A DNA stretch of 64,000 nt from Bacilli bacterium (GTDB taxonomy: Bacteria; Bacillota_I; Bacilli_A; RFN20; CAG-826). Shown piece after piece: positions 19,853-29,491 of this stretch. The first letter of the stretch is position 1. Each line of letters starts with the position of its first letter. A model generated the notes under the pieces. That model ran no database searches and was not told the origin of the DNA. It worked only from the letters and a program-made list of their open reading frames with translations. The position numbers and the translations under genes were made by a program. The stretch is taken from the NCBI GenBank assembly GCA_045628045.1, contig JAZQOV010000003.1:57495-121494 (forward strand), read 5' to 3'.

Positions 19853-20889
19853 TAATCTTCATCATTCTCGTCGTGAATTTCTCCAACGAGTTCCTCTAAA
19901 ATATCTTCCATTGTAACAATGCCAACGACTTTATTCTCATCTTTAACAATTGCTAAATGTTGATGACTACTCTGTAGTTTCTTAAAAAGTCTTGAAATTT
20001 TATGACCTGGTTTAGTGATAACAATATCGGTCATAATTATTTTGCTAAGATCTTTTTCACCTTTAACCATAAATTCAAAAAGATCTTTTTGGTGAACAAT
20101 TCCATATGCTGAGTCTAATTTGTTTGTTTTACAAACAACCATACGAGATCTATTAGTCTCTACAAATATTCTACATAATTGTTCTGGAGTTATATTTCCT
20201 TTAACATGATCAACGTTTTTCGCACTAATCATAATGTCTTCAACTTTTGTATCACCATATTCTATGGTGTTTTGAATAATATCTTCTTCAATATCGTTTA
20301 AAACACGAGCTTCGTTCATGTCTTCAACAAGCATTGAGAATTCTTCTTCAGTATAAGGAACATCATCCTTCTCAACATGAACAATTTTCTTAATGATCTT
20401 TTGTGCTCCTGCAAGAATCATGACAATTGGGAAGAAAATGTAGTAGAAAAAATAAAGTAAATGAACATTAAGTTTAGCGAAAAATTCTGGTTGTTGTTTA
20501 CCTAAAGATTTCGGGGTTACTTCTCCTAAAATAAGAACAACTATTGTAATAACAATAGTAGCGAGAAGAGGACCCATTTCATCATAATATTTCACAAACA
20601 CTACAGTAGCTAAAGAAGATGCTGCAATGTTAACTAAGTTATTACCAATTAAAATTGTTGAAATTAAGCGGTCATAATTCTCGCTTATTTTCATAACAAG
20701 TCTTGCTCTTTTATTTGTCTTCGCATGGTTTTCAATTCTAATTTTATTTAAGGAAGTAAATGCAGTTTCACTTAAAGAAAAGAATGCAGAAAGAGCAAGT
20801 AAGAATAATAAGATGATTATGGCTATCCAAATAAAGAACGGTTTATCACTAAGTGAAGAATAAACTAAATAACAGGGATGAGTGTTCAT
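19852..20889 (-). CDS. DUF21/CBS-domain (CNNM/TlyC/CorC family) membrane protein
   Basis: N-terminal DUF21 TM region, a CBS pair and a C-terminal CorC_HlyC-like region. The true start is probably an internal Met. Confidence 0.8.
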   Translation of the reverse strand: MNTHPCYLVYSSLSDKPFFIWIAIIILLFLLALSAFFSLSETAFTSLNKIRIENHAKTNKRARLVMKISENYDRLISTILIGNNLVNIAASSLATVVFVKYYDEMGPLLATIVITIVVLILGEVTPKSLGKQQPEFFAKLNVHLLYFFYYIFFPIVMILAGAQKIIKKIVHVEKDDVPYTEEEFSMLVEDMNEARVLNDIEEDIIQNTIEYGDTKVEDIMISAKNVDHVKGNITPEQLCRIFVETNRSRMVVCKTNKLDSAYGIVHQKDLFEFMVKGEKDLSKIIMTDIVITKPGHKISRLFKKLQSSHQHLAIVKDENKVVGIVTMEDILEELVGEIHDENDED

Positions 20890-20959
20890 ATTCTGTGATT
20901 ATTTTAAATGATTTTTGTTATATTTTGTAGTGATTTTTTTAATAATCACTAATTTAAAT

Positions 20960-21002
20960 GTAAAAAAAGAGATTCTGCTTATTTCATTATAAGTAGAATC
21001 CC
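20960..21002 (-). terminator. Rho-independent terminator after the small acidic ORF
   Basis: Hairpin GATTCTACTTA/TAAGCAGAATC (one G-U pair) followed on the minus strand by TCTCTTTTTTT. Confidence 0.55.
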
Positions 21003-21045
21003 TATTTGAGATTGTAATTCATTTTAATTTCCTTTTTCTCTTCAA

Positions 21046-21180
21046 TTAGAAGAATAATAATGCTTCATCAAAACCGGCATCAACGTTGTTAACATCTGTG
21101 ACAAATTCATCAGAGTTAATATTTTCAATTAAGTTTTCTTTACGAATCTCAAATTCTTCATCGTCATAGAATTTGAACAT
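21046..21180 (-). CDS. Candidate small acidic protein (44 aa), absent from the ORF track (<60 aa)
   Basis: ATG at 21180 preceded by AAAGGAGAAATTCAA. It encodes MFKFYDDEEFEIRKENLIENINSDEFVTDVNNVDAGFDEALLFF and has its own terminator. Confidence 0.3.
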   Translation of the reverse strand: MFKFYDDEEFEIRKENLIENINSDEFVTDVNNVDAGFDEALLFF

Positions 21181-21342
21181 TTTGAATTTCTCCTTTCTTT
21201 TTTATAAAAAATCCCACAATTTAGGGGAGGGCCGGGGTTTAATTCCTTATCGGGTTTATAAGAAATTTTGAGGTATAGTTTATGCTTTGGAAAAATTATT
21301 GCAAGAAAAAAATGTAAAAATTTTCTGAAAGCAGTTCCAAAA

Positions 21343-21378
21343 TATAAAAAAACCGTACAAATGTACGGTTTAATTTTA
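21343..21378. terminator. Rho-independent terminator after the enoate-reductase gene
   Basis: AAACCGTACA-AAT-GTACGGTTT hairpin flanked by an A-run and a T-run. Confidence 0.75.
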
Positions 21379-21390
21379 GAAAATTTTTAA

Positions 21391-23460
21391 TTAAATTTTC
21401 ATTGCGACATCCCATGCGCGCCAGATAACTGTACGTAAATTACCTACTGAATTACAGTCACCAACGAGATGGACGTGTCTACCTTTTTCAAATGCTGGGG
21501 TTGGTTTATAACCAATTGAAGCAACGACAGCACTTCCTTTAATCTTAAATTCTTTGCCATCTTTACCAACTGCGATAACTCCATCATCCAAAACTTCTTT
21601 AACACCAGTTTCAAGATAAACTGGAGTCTTCTTAAATTCGAAATAATCTCTTAAGAAGGATGAGTTTGCCAAGCAAACGCCACGAACAGCAATTAAATCA
21701 TTCTTCATTTCAATAATTGTTGGATGTTTACCTGCAAGTTCAAGATCATAAGCAATTTCACAACCAGTTAAGCCACCACCAATAATAATTGGGTTATCGC
21801 CAACTTTGTTGTTGCCATTGAGGTAATCAACAGCACCAATTACCTTTTCTCCGCCTTTAACTCTGAGAGTATTTGCAAGAGCACCAGTTGCAACAACAAT
21901 TTCGTCAAATTTGCCTTCTTTTGCTACGCAACCTGGGCATTTAATTTCTTTACCAAAGACGACTTTAATTGCATCGTATTTCTTAATTTCACGTTTGTAC
22001 CATTCAATTAATCTACGATCGCTTTCTTTGAAAGTAGGAGCTGCTGCTGCAATAAAGACACCACCAAGTTCCTTACCTTTTTCAAAGATTGTTACTTTGT
22101 GCCCACGTTTTGCAAGAACTAAAGCAGTTTCCATACCACCAATACCGCCGCCAACTACAGCAACATTCTTTGCTTTTTTGGTTGGAGTAATGTGATATTT
22201 ACCACTTTGCATTGTTTCTGGATTTAAAGCACATCTTGCCATGTGAATTGCATCACCAAGAGCTTGATCATTTGCAACGCCTTTGTAGTGACACATATTA
22301 AAACAGCCGTTATGACATTGAATACATGGCTTAATATCTTCTGGTTTACCCTTCATTAACTTAGTTACCCATTCTGGGTCAACAAGGAATTGACGAGCAA
22401 CGCCCATACCATCAAGTTTGCCTGCTTTAATTGAATCTGCAGCAACATCTGCATCCATGTTACCAGCACAAACTACTGGAATATCAACGAATTTCTTGAT
22501 GTGTTCAACATCTTTAAGGTTAACGTTACGTCCGATGTATCCTGGTGGGTGAGCCCAATACCAAGCATCATAAGTTCCGTTATCACAGTTGAGCATGTCA
22601 TAGCCTGCATCTTGAAGGTATTTTGCAGCCTTTTCAGATTCAGCCATATCACGACCAACTTCAACATAATCTTCACCTGGAACAGCGCCTTTTCCGAAAC
22701 CTTTGGTTTTGGAAACTACTGAATAACGAAGTGAAACTGGGAAGTCTTCACCACAAGCTTTTTTAATAGCCTTAACAATTTCAACTGGGAAACGATATCT
22801 ATTTTCAAAGCTACCACCCCATTTATCTTTTCTGAGGTTTGAATACTTCATTGTGAATTGGTCAAGAAGGTAGCCTTCATGAACAGCGTGAACTTCAACA
22901 CCATCAACGCCAGCATCTTTACAAAGTTTTGCAGTCTTAGCAAATCCTTCGATAAGTTGTTCAATTTGTTTTTCGGTTAATGGTTTTGTTGTAACGTCTT
23001 CAGCCCATCTATTTGGAGTTGCTGAAGGAGCTGCGTTAATCCAATTCATGTTAAAAATTGGTTTCATAACTGCACCTAAAACTTTGTTTGTGCAGCATTT
23101 TGCCATAAGTGAATTAAGTGCCATTGAACGGCCAAATCCACCAGTTAATTGAACGAACAATTTTGCACCTGTTTTGTGAACTTCGTCCATAAAGACCTTA
23201 AGGTCTTTGTACATCTTCTTATTTGAATATAACCAACCACCCATCATTGGGTTTTTAATTGGAGCAATACCTGGGAGAATTAATCCAACGTTGTTTTTAC
23301 ATCTCTCTAAAATGAATTTTGCAGCTTCCTTATCAAAGTGAGCTGGTTCCATCCATCCAAAAAGTGATGTTCCACCCATGGAAGTCATAACAATTCTATT
23401 ACGAATTTCAACATCACGAATCTTCCAAGGAGTAAATAATGGTTCTAATTTCTTTTCCAT
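21391..23460 (-). CDS. Old-yellow-enzyme-like FMN oxidoreductase fused to an FAD/NAD(P)-binding domain (2,4-dienoyl-CoA reductase/enoate reductase family)
   Basis: N-terminal OYE TIM-barrel region, a CIQCHNGCFNMCH 4Fe-4S motif, and C-terminal GGGIGG and GGGLTG dinucleotide folds; 689 aa. Confidence 0.8.
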   Translation of the reverse strand: MEKKLEPLFTPWKIRDVEIRNRIVMTSMGGTSLFGWMEPAHFDKEAAKFILERCKNNVGLILPGIAPIKNPMMGGWLYSNKKMYKDLKVFMDEVHKTGAKLFVQLTGGFGRSMALNSLMAKCCTNKVLGAVMKPIFNMNWINAAPSATPNRWAEDVTTKPLTEKQIEQLIEGFAKTAKLCKDAGVDGVEVHAVHEGYLLDQFTMKYSNLRKDKWGGSFENRYRFPVEIVKAIKKACGEDFPVSLRYSVVSKTKGFGKGAVPGEDYVEVGRDMAESEKAAKYLQDAGYDMLNCDNGTYDAWYWAHPPGYIGRNVNLKDVEHIKKFVDIPVVCAGNMDADVAADSIKAGKLDGMGVARQFLVDPEWVTKLMKGKPEDIKPCIQCHNGCFNMCHYKGVANDQALGDAIHMARCALNPETMQSGKYHITPTKKAKNVAVVGGGIGGMETALVLAKRGHKVTIFEKGKELGGVFIAAAAPTFKESDRRLIEWYKREIKKYDAIKVVFGKEIKCPGCVAKEGKFDEIVVATGALANTLRVKGGEKVIGAVDYLNGNNKVGDNPIIIGGGLTGCEIAYDLELAGKHPTIIEMKNDLIAVRGVCLANSSFLRDYFEFKKTPVYLETGVKEVLDDGVIAVGKDGKEFKIKGSAVVASIGYKPTPAFEKGRHVHLVGDCNSVGNLRTVIWRAWDVAMKI

Positions 23461-23477
23461 TTAGAAATCTCCTTTAA

Positions 23478-23918
23478 TTAATAAACGATAACAGTTCCGT
23501 CTTCTTTAACTTCAACTTGTCCACCTGTTTTTGCGGCTTCTAAAATTTCTTTGCCAAGACGGTCAATGACAATAATGTCACTGCCTTCCCAAACAGTTGA
23601 TAAGACAGCACCTGCTGCTGCAAGTGAATCTATAGATTCACTAAATAACATACATGCTGGGTTAATCTTCATTGAACAAATAACTTGAAGAACCATTCCA
23701 CCTGTAGTTGAACCAATTGTTTGAGGAAGTATTAAGGCAATACCTGTAATGTTTTTGCCATATAAATCTGGGTTATTTTGGTCACCAGCGATAACATGCT
23801 TTGCATGTTTAATTGCAGAGCCTTGGAATGTTGCGAGTGTATTTAAACCACCATGGCTAACAACACATTCGCCTTTATAATGTCCGCCTGCTAAGACACG
23901 ACCTTTGAATTCTTTCAT
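23478..23918 (-). CDS. AcnX small subunit (DUF126 swivel domain)
   Basis: 146 aa, Gly-rich (GST..GG, GAVLS..). It lies directly downstream of the DUF521-like gene. Confidence 0.5.
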   Translation of the reverse strand: MKEFKGRVLAGGHYKGECVVSHGGLNTLATFQGSAIKHAKHVIAGDQNNPDLYGKNITGIALILPQTIGSTTGGMVLQVICSMKINPACMLFSESIDSLAAAGAVLSTVWEGSDIIVIDRLGKEILEAAKTGGQVEVKEDGTVIVY

Positions 23919-23931
23919 CTTGTGTGTCCTC

Positions 23932-25221
23932 CTATTTTGTACCTACAATCTTTTCAACAAGTTGATCAGTTGTGTAATATCTTGCTAAAGTGTAGGTTCT
24001 AAGTTTATTAGAAGCAGTCATAATTCTGCGTTTCTTTGTAAGTGGGTTATTTGAGTACATTAAAGGACAAATACATGTGAGTTTTGCGCCTGTTAACATA
24101 AGTTTTTGATAATTTTCAGTCTTCATGAATGCTTCTTTGACTGCTGGAGCTGTACAAAGAATTGTACGAACTGCAACTTTCTTTTTACCAGCTTTTGCTA
24201 AAGCAGTAACAAGTCTTTCGGTCCATTCATTAAGTTGTTTAAGTGAAAGGTGTGGACATCCGATGAAGGCAAGATTTCCTTCTTTATCTTTGTCTTTCCA
24301 CATAATTGGATAGTTTTTATAAACTCTTTCAAGTTCAGCATCATCAATGACGTATTCTTTATAGCCTTTGGCTAAAAGTTTTTCGCCTTGTTCTTTTGCT
24401 TCTGGTGTTACCTTATCAATATGATAAAGTCCAACAGCACCGTTTGATGCAGTTGCAGCACCAAAATCTTTTAAGAATCCTGTTGCGTCATCATTGAGTT
24501 CTGTGCCAATCCATTTATCAAGACCAACAACATAAGGAACTTCTTCCATAACTTTCATACCAATGGCAGAGCCAAGCACTTGAGCTTCTGGCATTTTTGT
24601 AAGTTTAAGTGTTATTTTCCAAGTTGCCTTACGTCCTTCATCTGTAAGTAAACCGAATTTTGGAACAAATCCAATAATTGATCCGAAGATATCAATCATG
24701 CCTGAGTTACGGTTACATCTTGCGCCTAAAACTGAGTTGGCGTAGTTAACCGCACTTGATTCAGCCCATGAAAGGACGTCACCTTTCGTTGGGATATTTC
24801 CTATTTCTTTGAAATAGCAAGCACATGAGAATGGATCATTTTGAAGCATTCCTAACTTGGTTAATCTTTCTTCATATTGTTTTTGTTTGCCATACATGAC
24901 AATATCAAATACAGCTTTTTCAAGTAAATTACATTTAACGTTTTTGTAATCTACAGGACGTGGATCCATAGTGAATCCATCTTTGACTTTAAGTCCAGCA
25001 TCAATCATTTCATCACAAATTCTGAAAACTGGTTTCAATAGACCCATTCCGAATGATGTGACTAAGTGTCCACAGCCGTGTGTGACAGGGACAAGTTCAG
25101 GTGCGTCAAAAATGTCGCCATAGCGAACTAATGTTTCCATTATTTTTGCTTTGGTTTCACCTTGCTCACCTTTGAGGATACTAAGTTGTTCCTCGGTTAG
25201 CTTCATTTTTGGTGTGTACAT
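23932..25221 (-). CDS. AcnX large subunit (DUF521, aconitase-X catalytic domain)
   Basis: 429 aa with conserved Cys/His clusters (HGCGHL, CACY, CNRNSG) as in the split type IIa AcnX. RBS AGGGAG. Confidence 0.5.
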   Translation of the reverse strand: MYTPKMKLTEEQLSILKGEQGETKAKIMETLVRYGDIFDAPELVPVTHGCGHLVTSFGMGLLKPVFRICDEMIDAGLKVKDGFTMDPRPVDYKNVKCNLLEKAVFDIVMYGKQKQYEERLTKLGMLQNDPFSCACYFKEIGNIPTKGDVLSWAESSAVNYANSVLGARCNRNSGMIDIFGSIIGFVPKFGLLTDEGRKATWKITLKLTKMPEAQVLGSAIGMKVMEEVPYVVGLDKWIGTELNDDATGFLKDFGAATASNGAVGLYHIDKVTPEAKEQGEKLLAKGYKEYVIDDAELERVYKNYPIMWKDKDKEGNLAFIGCPHLSLKQLNEWTERLVTALAKAGKKKVAVRTILCTAPAVKEAFMKTENYQKLMLTGAKLTCICPLMYSNNPLTKKRRIMTASNKLRTYTLARYYTTDQLVEKIVGTK

Positions 25222-25292
25222 ATAATTCTCCCTTGCGATATATGTAAGTTGTTTATATTATACACTTTATTCTATTTAATAGAATTAAAATG

Positions 25293-25325
25293 TATGAAAA
25301 AAGGTGCTTATTTCTTGCACCTTAT
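25293..25325 (-). terminator. Rho-independent terminator after the ABC-F gene
   Basis: AAGGTGC-TTATTTCT-TGCACCTT hairpin with a T-run on the minus strand. Confidence 0.6.
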
Positions 25326-25329
25326 TTCT

Positions 25330-26865
25330 TTAATCTAATTTAATTATATAATCCACCAAATCTTCATAGAAATCAGTTTCGTGTGAAACAAGAATAACCA
25401 CGCCAGGATAAGCATCTATCGCTTCTTTTAGTGATTTCTTTGCAATTTTATCCAAGTGATTTGTAGGTTCATCAAGCACAAGAATATTTGATTTCTCTAA
25501 TGTTAATTTACAAAGTCTAGTTTTTGCTTCTTCTCCACCACTAAGTTCATTTAATGGACGAAGAGCAAGTTCAGCTTTAATTCCGCATCTTGCGAGTAAA
25601 TTTCTAACTTCTGTGTTTGTGAAGTTATCTCTAAGTGATTGAATAAAATTCATTGGAGTTATGCTTAAATCATCCATTTCTGTTTGAGAAAAATAAGAAA
25701 TTTTTGCTTTTGAATTAAAGCTGAAAGATCCGCCTAAAGAAGGGATGATTCCAAGCAATGTTTTAATAAGAGTTGATTTACCAACTCCGTTTTTACCAAT
25801 GATTGCAATCTTTTCACCTTTTAATAAATTAAAAGAAATCGGATTAAGTAAAGGCTTTTCGTAACCAATAACAAGATTCTCTACACTTAAAATGTCTTTC
25901 CCAATATCACCTGAATAAGGGAAATTAAAATACACCAAATTTGTGTCGTTTTTAGGTGCTTCAAGTCTTTCAACGTGCGCGAGTCTTGCACGTCTTGATT
26001 TTGCAGCTCTAGAAGAGGTAGCTCGAACAATGTGTGCTGCAATAAATTCCTCTTCTTTTTTGATGAACTTTTGTTGAGCAGCGTAATCTTTTTCGTATTG
26101 TTCTTTTCTAACAACACTTTGTGTTTTGTAATATTCATAATCGCCTTTATAACGATTAATAACTCTATTTTCTAATGCTAAAACAACATTCGCAATACTT
26201 GATAAAAATGGTTCATCATGTGAGATTACAAGGAATGCTTTTGGATAATTTTGAAGGTAACCGCTCAGCCATTTTACGTGTTCTGCATCTAAGTAGTTTG
26301 TAGGTTCATCTAAAAGAAGAACATCATTCTTCTCAAGAAGCATTTTTGCAAGATAAACTTTCTCCCTTTGACCACTTGAGAGAATTTTTAATTCTCTATC
26401 CTTGAAATCTTTTGGAATTCCAAGACCAACTAACACTTTATCAATCTCTTCTTTAATTGAGTAAAAATCTAAAGCGATAAGTTCATCATTAATCTTTGAG
26501 GCTCTCTCTAAATATTTTTCGTAATTTGGATCATCAATATTACTTCCTTTAAGAAAAAGCTCATTCATTTCAGCTTCTTTATCGAACAACGATTTATAGA
26601 TTTGCTCTAAATACTCTTTAATTGTGAAATCATCATTTACTTTGTAATGTTGATCTAAATATGAATAAGTTATTCCTGGAATCCACTCAACTTTTCCTTT
26701 ATCTGGAATTATTTTCTTAGTGATTAAATCAAAAATTGTAGTTTTGCCAGCGCCATTTTGACCCACTAAGACAGCATGTTCACCAGGATTAAGTTGAAAA
26801 TTAAGACCATTAAAAAGCTCTTTGTCTCCATAGTTAAACATTAAGTCAGTTACTTTAAAAAGCAT
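25330..26865 (-). CDS. ABC-F family ATPase (two tandem NBDs, no TMD; translation-factor or resistance type)
   Basis: Two Walker A motifs (GQNGAGKT, GKNGVGKS), two LSGGQ/LSGGE signatures and an interdomain linker; 511 aa. Confidence 0.85.
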   Translation of the reverse strand: MLFKVTDLMFNYGDKELFNGLNFQLNPGEHAVLVGQNGAGKTTIFDLITKKIIPDKGKVEWIPGITYSYLDQHYKVNDDFTIKEYLEQIYKSLFDKEAEMNELFLKGSNIDDPNYEKYLERASKINDELIALDFYSIKEEIDKVLVGLGIPKDFKDRELKILSSGQREKVYLAKMLLEKNDVLLLDEPTNYLDAEHVKWLSGYLQNYPKAFLVISHDEPFLSSIANVVLALENRVINRYKGDYEYYKTQSVVRKEQYEKDYAAQQKFIKKEEEFIAAHIVRATSSRAAKSRRARLAHVERLEAPKNDTNLVYFNFPYSGDIGKDILSVENLVIGYEKPLLNPISFNLLKGEKIAIIGKNGVGKSTLIKTLLGIIPSLGGSFSFNSKAKISYFSQTEMDDLSITPMNFIQSLRDNFTNTEVRNLLARCGIKAELALRPLNELSGGEEAKTRLCKLTLEKSNILVLDEPTNHLDKIAKKSLKEAIDAYPGVVILVSHETDFYEDLVDYIIKLD

Positions 26866-26886
26866 AACAAAGTTATGATTTCTATT

Positions 26887-27981
26887 TTAATAAGTGGTTC
26901 CGCCCCACTCGACAACGCTAAAACCTGAGCGATTAACGGTTTCTAATTCTTGTGGAATTATCTCTTTAGGAGAATCGACTTTTTTAATATGAATAATTGT
27001 TCTTAAAATTGTATCTGGAGTAACACTAAAAGAAAGAGGACATTCTTTGTTTCTTTCAGCTGTTTGTTCAAAATAGACTAAAGAATTTTCATTTTCCTCT
27101 AAAATTGGAAGCCAAAACATAATAAATTCATCAGCTTCTCTTTGAGTAAATCCAAGTGTATCAAGTGATGTTTCTAAAAACTCTATAGCATTGTCTTTTG
27201 AAACATTAAATCCATATTCAAATGATGCTTCAAAGTTTCTATATTCATCATAGAAAATAGCGTAATATTCTCTTTGAGAATTATTGACATTTAATGTTCC
27301 GTTTTCGTTAATGTGAACTCTCCAACCATCTTCATATTCTGGATAGGTTGTTTTAAGTCTAAAATCATTAACGTATGTAACCTCAACATCAAGTTCTTCC
27401 TCGTTATATAGATAAAGAACAGGTTTATAAACTCCAAAAGGATTGTAGTGTTTGTCAACATCGATTTTGGTTTGAAAATCCAAACCTTTTTCAGCCACAA
27501 CATAAACAAACCCATATGAACTTGGTGAAGTGGCAGGAAAATAAATATCCTGATTTATTTTTTGAGTAACTGCATTACCTTTTTTATAAATTTCTTTAAT
27601 GCTGAATGTAGTTATGTCGTGGCTATCAATTACTGGAGTAACGTATACGTTATTAGTTTCAAAATCAACTTCCTTTGTTAGCTTTTCACCTTCGGTTTCA
27701 ATGTGGCTAGAATATTCTTTAATCTCATCTCTTATTTGGTCAGCAATGTGATCAAGTAAGGCATTAAAAGAATTCAAAGCTTCTACACTGGAAATTACCT
27801 TAGTTTCTTCATTTTTAATGTCTAGATAATTTTCAATATCATGAAGTTCTAATTCACCACGTATTTGAAAAACGGTATAGTTTTCAATTTTTTCCTTCTT
27901 TTCGAAAATATTTTTAATATCGCAAGAGCAACAAATTAATGTGCTTATAATTGAAAGAAAAATTATTTTAAATTTTTTCAT
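26887..27981 (-). CDS. Hypothetical lipoprotein
   Basis: Signal peptide with lipobox ...LICCSC; 364 aa; no recognised domain. Confidence 0.45.
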   Translation of the reverse strand: MKKFKIIFLSIISTLICCSCDIKNIFEKKEKIENYTVFQIRGELELHDIENYLDIKNEETKVISSVEALNSFNALLDHIADQIRDEIKEYSSHIETEGEKLTKEVDFETNNVYVTPVIDSHDITTFSIKEIYKKGNAVTQKINQDIYFPATSPSSYGFVYVVAEKGLDFQTKIDVDKHYNPFGVYKPVLYLYNEEELDVEVTYVNDFRLKTTYPEYEDGWRVHINENGTLNVNNSQREYYAIFYDEYRNFEASFEYGFNVSKDNAIEFLETSLDTLGFTQREADEFIMFWLPILEENENSLVYFEQTAERNKECPLSFSVTPDTILRTIIHIKKVDSPKEIIPQELETVNRSGFSVVEWGGTTY

Positions 27982-28020
27982 ACTAATATATTAGCATTAT
28001 ACACAACACGTTTCAATTTT

Positions 28021-28536
28021 CTATTGGATGTCGATTGTAATTCCCGTTTTATTTTTTACCTCGATTTTAGTTCCTTCTTTTCTATAACCAAGAATTGCAG
28101 AACCCACAATCATATTTTCATTTGGGATTCCAAGTTTTTTACGAAGTTTCTTTCCTTCATCACTTGAAAGCAATGCATCAAATTGATTGATCCAGCAAGA
28201 ATCAATCTTCAAAGATGCTGCTGCAATGAAAATATTTTCTAAGACACAAGAACAATCTTGAATACAAAATCTATCATCTCTTGGAGCATGTACTAAAACT
28301 ATAGTTTTAGCACCGTACATAACATCTCTTTTTTCTAAAGTTTTTCCGAGTTCTCTCAAAGCCTCTATTTTAGACGCTCTTCTTACCGCTGTAATTTTAG
28401 CAATTTGTCTATTCATTGCGCTTGGAGCGCTTTGACCTGCGAGTAAAATCTCATTTAATTTTTTAGGAGAAACTTTCTTATCACTATATTCTCTACAAGA
28501 AACTCTTCCCTTAATAACATCAATAACTTTTGCCAT
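28021..28536 (-). CDS. Nitroreductase family protein
   Basis: 171 aa with a typical N-terminal nitroreductase motif (RVSCREYSDKKV...). Confidence 0.7.
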   Translation of the reverse strand: MAKVIDVIKGRVSCREYSDKKVSPKKLNEILLAGQSAPSAMNRQIAKITAVRRASKIEALRELGKTLEKRDVMYGAKTIVLVHAPRDDRFCIQDCSCVLENIFIAAASLKIDSCWINQFDALLSSDEGKKLRKKLGIPNENMIVGSAILGYRKEGTKIEVKNKTGITIDIQ

Positions 28537-28569
28537 AAATAATTCTCCACTATTAATTTTTTCTACAAT

Positions 28570-29424
28570 TTATTCAATCTCCTCATAATAATATGAAGTA
28601 TCGATTCCTTTCATAAATAATTCTCTATCATCGATTTGATCAGTTAATGCATTTTTAAGAAGGAATTTAATTTTATTATCTTTTATTTGGCTTTCTTTCA
28701 TAGCATCGAAATAATCTGCTTTTTCTATCTTAGACCAATCTACACACTTTTTAAGATTTTTAATAAAAATTAAATCTAGCCAAATACGCGTCGATCTTCC
28801 ATTACCTTCCATAAAAGGATGTGCAATATTCATTTCAACATACTTTTCTACAATGTGATCAAATGTGTCTTCAGGCATTTTATCTATTGTTGGAAGAATC
28901 TGAGGTAAAAAATCACCATTCGCAAAAACAAAACCACCTTTAGAAATTGTTTTTGATCTTATCTGACCGGCGAAAGGATATAATCCTTCAAATAAATAAG
29001 CATGTATTTTTTGAAGACAAACAGTTGTCCCAATTTCATCGCTATAAATAAGTTCTGTTTTGTAAAATTGATAAGCTTTTCTTTTACTTTGCTCATCAAT
29101 TGGATCAAGCATTCCTTTTATCCAATCGCTGATTTCTTTTTTATATTTTGAAGGAATTATTGTAATTAAAAGTCTAACCCCTTCTTCATTAATAACTTCA
29201 GAAAGATATTTTTTACCATCGTCAGCATACAATTTCAGTTGTCCACAAAATGAAGACAACTCAGGATTTCTCACTTTAACATTATTCCAATACCTACGCG
29301 GAGAATTAGGGTCTACTAAAACTGCGATAAAATCAACTGCTGAATACCACCAGATTGACTTTTCATTATCCCAAACAGCTTGTATTTGTTTATTGTTAAA
29401 ATATCTGATTGGATGTTTTATCAT
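28570..29424 (-). CDS. Fic-family protein with an N-terminal Bro-N-like domain
   Basis: Canonical Fic motif HPFMEGNGRSTR. The N-terminus (IRYFNNKQIQAVWDNEKSIWWYSAVDFIAVL) is Bro-N/KilA-N-like. The start is taken as ATG 29424; the track extension to a TTG at 29463 lacks an RBS. Confidence 0.65.
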   Translation of the reverse strand: MIKHPIRYFNNKQIQAVWDNEKSIWWYSAVDFIAVLVDPNSPRRYWNNVKVRNPELSSFCGQLKLYADDGKKYLSEVINEEGVRLLITIIPSKYKKEISDWIKGMLDPIDEQSKRKAYQFYKTELIYSDEIGTTVCLQKIHAYLFEGLYPFAGQIRSKTISKGGFVFANGDFLPQILPTIDKMPEDTFDHIVEKYVEMNIAHPFMEGNGRSTRIWLDLIFIKNLKKCVDWSKIEKADYFDAMKESQIKDNKIKFLLKNALTDQIDDRELFMKGIDTSYYYEEIE

Positions 29425-29451
29425 ATTATATATGATAACATAACATAATTC

Positions 29452-29475
29452 AGTTGTCCACAAAATTGGACAACT
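29452..29475. promoter_or_regulatory. Palindromic operator-like site overlapping the putative -35 of the BroN-Fic gene
   Basis: AGTTGTCCA-CAAAAT-TGGACAACT perfect 9-bp inverted repeat. TGGACA-17-TATCAT lies immediately upstream of the ATG, which suggests a leaderless mRNA. Confidence 0.45.
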
Positions 29476-29491
29476 TAAAAGACCACAAAAC

